Assembly (NCBI GenBank): GCA_963769025.1
Contig: CAVYKI010000006.1
Location: forward strand, 576,001-640,000
Length of the DNA stretch: 64,000 nucleotides
Source of the DNA: an uncultured Verrucomicrobiae bacterium
GTDB lineage: Bacteria > Verrucomicrobiota > Verrucomicrobiia > Chthoniobacterales > Chthoniobacteraceae
Reading direction: 5' to 3'
Shown: positions 60,797 to 64,000 of the stretch, piece by piece
Position numbering within the stretch: the stretch's first letter is position 1
How the letters are laid out: every line of letters begins with the position of its first letter
The notes under the pieces: model-generated
The model's database searches: none
Seen by the model: only the letters and a program-made list of their open reading frames with translations
What the model was told of the DNA's origin: nothing
Position numbers and translations under genes: made by a program

Positions 60797-61510
60797 ATGC
60801 TCCATTCATTCGAACAAGCTTGCGGTAAAAGTCTCGTCACCCTCGTCATCGGACCGACCGACGAGCAGCTCATGGAACGTATCCAGCAAGGAGACGAAAC
60901 GGCCTTGGCGGCCCTTCATCGTCGGCATCGCGCGCTCATTCGCACGATTATCGGCCGCATGATCTACAACGACCACGATGTTGACGAACTCGTTCAGGAT
61001 TGTTTCCTCGATCTTTGGCGCCATGCGTCCAATTTCGACGGCACGAAAGGCCAGGTGCTGGGTTGGATCGTGACGCTTGCCCGCCGTCGGACGATCGATC
61101 GCATCCGTCGCAAGTCGGCCTACTCTAGGGCGCAGGATCGTTTCCGCGAGGAATGCTCAATGACCTGTGAAAGCGAACATGGGGGGGCCGATGAAGAAGC
61201 CGCCGGCAGTGATCGGGCCGAGGCGGTATCCCGCCTGATCGGCCGGCTTCCGGAAGCGCAGCAGGAGGCGGTGCGCCTTGCGTTTTTCAATGGCATGACC
61301 CAGCGCCAGATCGCCGCCCATACCGGCATCCCGCTCGGCACGATCAAGACGCGGCTTGAACTCGCCCTCCGGAAACTCCGCTCGTCTGTCCTCGCCTTCG
61401 GGGAATTGCATGATCCGGTCCGGACCCCGGCGGTTCGTCCGCAATGTCACGCGCACCAGAACGCCGGAAGCGCGCCTGAGGCATTGGATGTGGAGCTGGC
61501 AGCGGCTTAA
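60797..61510 (+). CDS. ECF sigma-70 factor (SigK-like)
   Basis: DEQLM..GDETAL, ELVQDCFL, WIVTLARRRTIDRIR, LPEAQ..GMTQRQIA..PLGTIKTRL. Confidence 0.93.
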   Translation: MLHSFEQACGKSLVTLVIGPTDEQLMERIQQGDETALAALHRRHRALIRTIIGRMIYNDHDVDELVQDCFLDLWRHASNFDGTKGQVLGWIVTLARRRTIDRIRRKSAYSRAQDRFREECSMTCESEHGGADEEAAGSDRAEAVSRLIGRLPEAQQEAVRLAFFNGMTQRQIAAHTGIPLGTIKTRLELALRKLRSSVLAFGELHDPVRTPAVRPQCHAHQNAGSAPEALDVELAAA

Positions 61511-62892
61511 GCAGACAGTCCGAATTGTCGGAGCTTCGCGTAGACCGTCGCGCGATGAATGCCGAGAAGCCGGGCGGCGTGCGCCTTGTTGCCGTTTGCG
61601 CGGCGCAGCGCCTCGATCAAGGTTTCACGCGCTGCGTCGGCGAACGAGACCGGGGATGCCGCGCGGACCAGCGGCAAAGGCGCAAGGTCGGGCCGCTGGA
61701 TTTCCCGTGGGAAATGGCGAGGGCTCAATATCGGTTCATCGCAAAGCACGAGCGCGTGCTCGATGGCATTTTGAAGTTCCCGCACGTTGCCTGGCCAGGG
61801 ATATCCCCGCAGCATCTCGAGCACTTCGAGATCAAGCTTCGGCGGCACTTTGCCCAGTTGCTTTGCGAACCGACGCAGGAAAGTGTCCGTGAGCTTTGGC
61901 AGATCTTCCCAGCGTTCGCGCAGTGGCGGAATCTCGATTTCGAACGTCTTCAATCGGAAATACAAATCCTGGCGGAGCCTGCCTTCCTGCACGGCTTTCG
62001 CGGGAGGGCGATTGCATGCAGCGATGAGCCGGAAATCGACGGGTCGGCTCTTCGTGGTTCCGAGCGGCCGATACTCGCGATCCTGAAGCACGCGCAGGAA
62101 CCGGGTCTGCAGTTCGATCGGCATCTCCGTGATCTCATCGAGAAAAAGCGTTCCGCCATTTGCTTCCGCGACCATGCCGGGAAATGCCGACACCGCTCCG
62201 GTGAAGGCTCCCTTGGCGTAGCCGAAAAGTTCTCCCTCGATCATATTCGCGGGAAAGGCTCCGCAGTTCAGCTTCACCATCATGGCGCGCACCCGCGCGC
62301 TGCCCGCGTGCAGCCGGGCGGCGACGACTTCCTTGCCGACTCCGCTCTCACCCGTGAGCAACACATTCGAATCGCTGGGAGCGATGCGGGCGACGAGCTG
62401 CTCGACTTCGCGCATCCTTCGGCTCAGCGCCACCGGCGCGAGCTGTTCTTCTGCCGCGCGCAGCTTTATCTGCAATTGCGCCTTTTCCTTTTCGAGCGCA
62501 GCCGTTCTTTCCACGAGGGCTCGTTGCTCCAGGGCACGGCCGCACAGGCTGACGAGTTCTTCCACCGCATACGGTTTTGCCAGAAAATGGAATGCTCCGA
62601 GCTTGATGGATTCCACTGCGTTCGCGAGCGAATCATGCGCAGTGAGGATCATCACCGGGACTTCCGGTTGCTCGGCTTTGAGGTCCTTCAACACAGCGAG
62701 CCCGTCCGCATCGGGCAGACCCAGGTCGAGCAGAACGAGGTCCGGCTTCAATTCCGCCACCTTCCGCCGGCCCTGCGCGGCGGTCGGGGCAATCTCCACG
62801 GCAAACCCATTGCGTCGCAGCACCGCCGTCAGCGTTGCCTGCGCATTGCGCTCATCATCGATGACGACAATCGTTGGAATTCGTTCATTCAT
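61507..62892 (-). CDS. Sigma54-dependent response regulator (NtrC family: REC-AAA+-HTH)
   Basis: LLDLGLPD, GESGVGKE, GAFTGA, FLDEI, WPGNVREL, GNKAHAARLLGI. Confidence 0.96.
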   Translation of the reverse strand: MNERIPTIVVIDDERNAQATLTAVLRRNGFAVEIAPTAAQGRRKVAELKPDLVLLDLGLPDADGLAVLKDLKAEQPEVPVMILTAHDSLANAVESIKLGAFHFLAKPYAVEELVSLCGRALEQRALVERTAALEKEKAQLQIKLRAAEEQLAPVALSRRMREVEQLVARIAPSDSNVLLTGESGVGKEVVAARLHAGSARVRAMMVKLNCGAFPANMIEGELFGYAKGAFTGAVSAFPGMVAEANGGTLFLDEITEMPIELQTRFLRVLQDREYRPLGTTKSRPVDFRLIAACNRPPAKAVQEGRLRQDLYFRLKTFEIEIPPLRERWEDLPKLTDTFLRRFAKQLGKVPPKLDLEVLEMLRGYPWPGNVRELQNAIEHALVLCDEPILSPRHFPREIQRPDLAPLPLVRAASPVSFADAARETLIEALRRANGNKAHAARLLGIHRATVYAKLRQFGLSA

Positions 62893-63014
62893 GCGCATTG
62901 CGGGACTCGTCCGAAAGCTGTGGACGCCAATAGCGCGAACCGTGGCGCGAAGGGGAAGAAGGCGAGTGCTGTAACCTGCATGACCTACGGGAAGGAACCG
63001 AATGAAAGGTGATA

Positions 63015-63053
63015 AAAAGAAAGCGGCGCAGACTCGTGCGAGACCGCGCCGCT
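63015..63053 (-). terminator. Probable terminator after csbD
   Basis: AGCGGCGC..GCGCCGCT stem with a T-run on the minus strand. Confidence 0.65.
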
Positions 63054-63075
63054 GCTCCGAAACGAATGGACGAGA

Positions 63076-63261
63076 CTACAGCGCCTCAATTTCGTCGCGG
63101 ATCTGGTCCTTCGTACGGCCGAGCTTCTTTTGCAGGCGTCCCAGCAACTCGTCGTCCTTACCTTCGGCGAACGTGAGATCGTCGTCGGTGAGGTTAGCGT
63201 ATTTCTGCTTCAGCTTGCCTTTGAGCTCGTTCCAAGAGCCTTTGAGTTGGAGTTTATTCAT
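63076..63261 (-). CDS. csbD: CsbD family protein
   Basis: [31 protein letters not shown]. Confidence 0.93.
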   Translation of the reverse strand: MNKLQLKGSWNELKGKLKQKYANLTDDDLTFAEGKDDELLGRLQKKLGRTKDQIRDEIEAL

Positions 63262-63322
63262 AGCAAACGTGGATCGCCACTCGCGCGCGGGATGGATGGG
63301 TGAAACTTTGCCGATGCTCCCG

Positions 63323-63511
63323 TCACGAACGTCGGGGGCTTTTCTTCTCTCCCAACTGCTTGCTTTCCTTCGTCAGTTTTTCCCGCTCGCGTCCGCTGGC
63401 GTGCTCGGCCTCGGCTTGCAGGTCGAGTGCTCGCTTTTGCCGCTCGGCGAGATGTCGGGTCTCACGAGGTTTGGACGCTCCAGTTCGTGTCGTCTCTTTT
63501 TCATCAGGCAT
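63323..63511 (-). CDS. Small charged hypothetical protein
   Basis: Hydrophilic 62-aa ORF upstream of csbD on the same strand; no motif recognised. Confidence 0.4.
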   Translation of the reverse strand: MPDEKETTRTGASKPRETRHLAERQKRALDLQAEAEHASGREREKLTKESKQLGEKKSPRRS

Positions 63512-63669
63512 AGCGCTCCGGGATCGAAATCAGCGCTCTGTTGGCCGTATGCAAATGGAGGATTTGCGGGTCCCCTGTCCGGTTTTGCCGCGATCGTGCA
63601 TGCCGTTTTGGATCGTGAAATACGTCCAGGGCACGAGTCCCGGGCGATGGTACCAGAAAAGCCGCTCTT

Positions 63670-63924
63670 ATGACACCCAGAGGAGACAAACGCAGCTACA
63701 CCGCCAAACAGAAGCGTCAAGCCGAGCACATCGAGGAAGGCTACGAAGATCGGGGTGTGCCAAAAAAAGAAGCTGCCGCCCGCGCGTGGGCCACCGTGAA
63801 CAAAATGGACGGTGGAGGAAAGAAGAGCGGCTCGGGCCGGGGTAAGAAAACCAACAAAGCACGGGCCAAAAAAGGCGGTCGCAAGGGTGGGCGCTCGGGA
63901 AGCAAGCGGAAGACCAAAGCTTGA
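63670..63924 (+). CDS. Small basic stress-associated protein (PRGDK..KQKRQAEHIE family)
   Basis: PRGDKRSYTAKQKRQAEHIEEGYEDRG..ARAWATVNK..GGGKKSGSGRG. Confidence 0.85.
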   Translation: MTPRGDKRSYTAKQKRQAEHIEEGYEDRGVPKKEAAARAWATVNKMDGGGKKSGSGRGKKTNKARAKKGGRKGGRSGSKRKTKA

Positions 63925-64000
63925 ACCCGCGATCACTCAGGCAGAGCGCTCCGACTTCGGGGCTGCAAGATCGGCAACTGCCAGCGCTTATGAGTGGCCG

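Overview
GC-rich bacterial chromosomal window. Gene content and protein style suggest Verrucomicrobiota (Chthoniobacter-like); this is an inference. Clustered single-base frameshifts, including in housekeeping genes (truB, ribF, aroE), point to long-read consensus errors. The housekeeping core comprises floA, nusA-infB-rbfA-nrnA-truB-ribF, aroE-gltX, aroD, a Rieske/cytochrome b-c complex, cysD-cysNC, sod, acpP, sucCD, tRNA-Gly(GCC), gap and an ABC exporter. Two general-stress and signalling clusters flank it: 1-10 kb (PAS/GAF hybrid kinase, response regulators, CsbD/ElaB-like proteins, AI-2E transporter) and 58.5-64 kb (MgtC, BON-MscS, ECF sigma, sigma54 activator, CsbD). The most striking unexplained element lies in a 3.6 kb accessory insert between ribF and aroE. 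There, an 8-nt microsatellite precedes an array of eight 42-nt units (19989-20324). Each unit holds two alternating short palindromes whose centres are 21 bp apart, separated by about 9 nt of variable sequence. The array sits directly upstream of a signal-less helical + Fn3-like gene with a Trp-rich N-terminal peptide, followed by a secreted CBM-like protein, an mnmA remnant and a VapBC-type module. Other oddities: a hicBA module antisense inside the cysD-cysNC junction with interlocking start codons, a VOC gene between sucC and sucD, a rimP-type leader with no rimP, and several intergenic palindromes built from 7- or 9-nt units.
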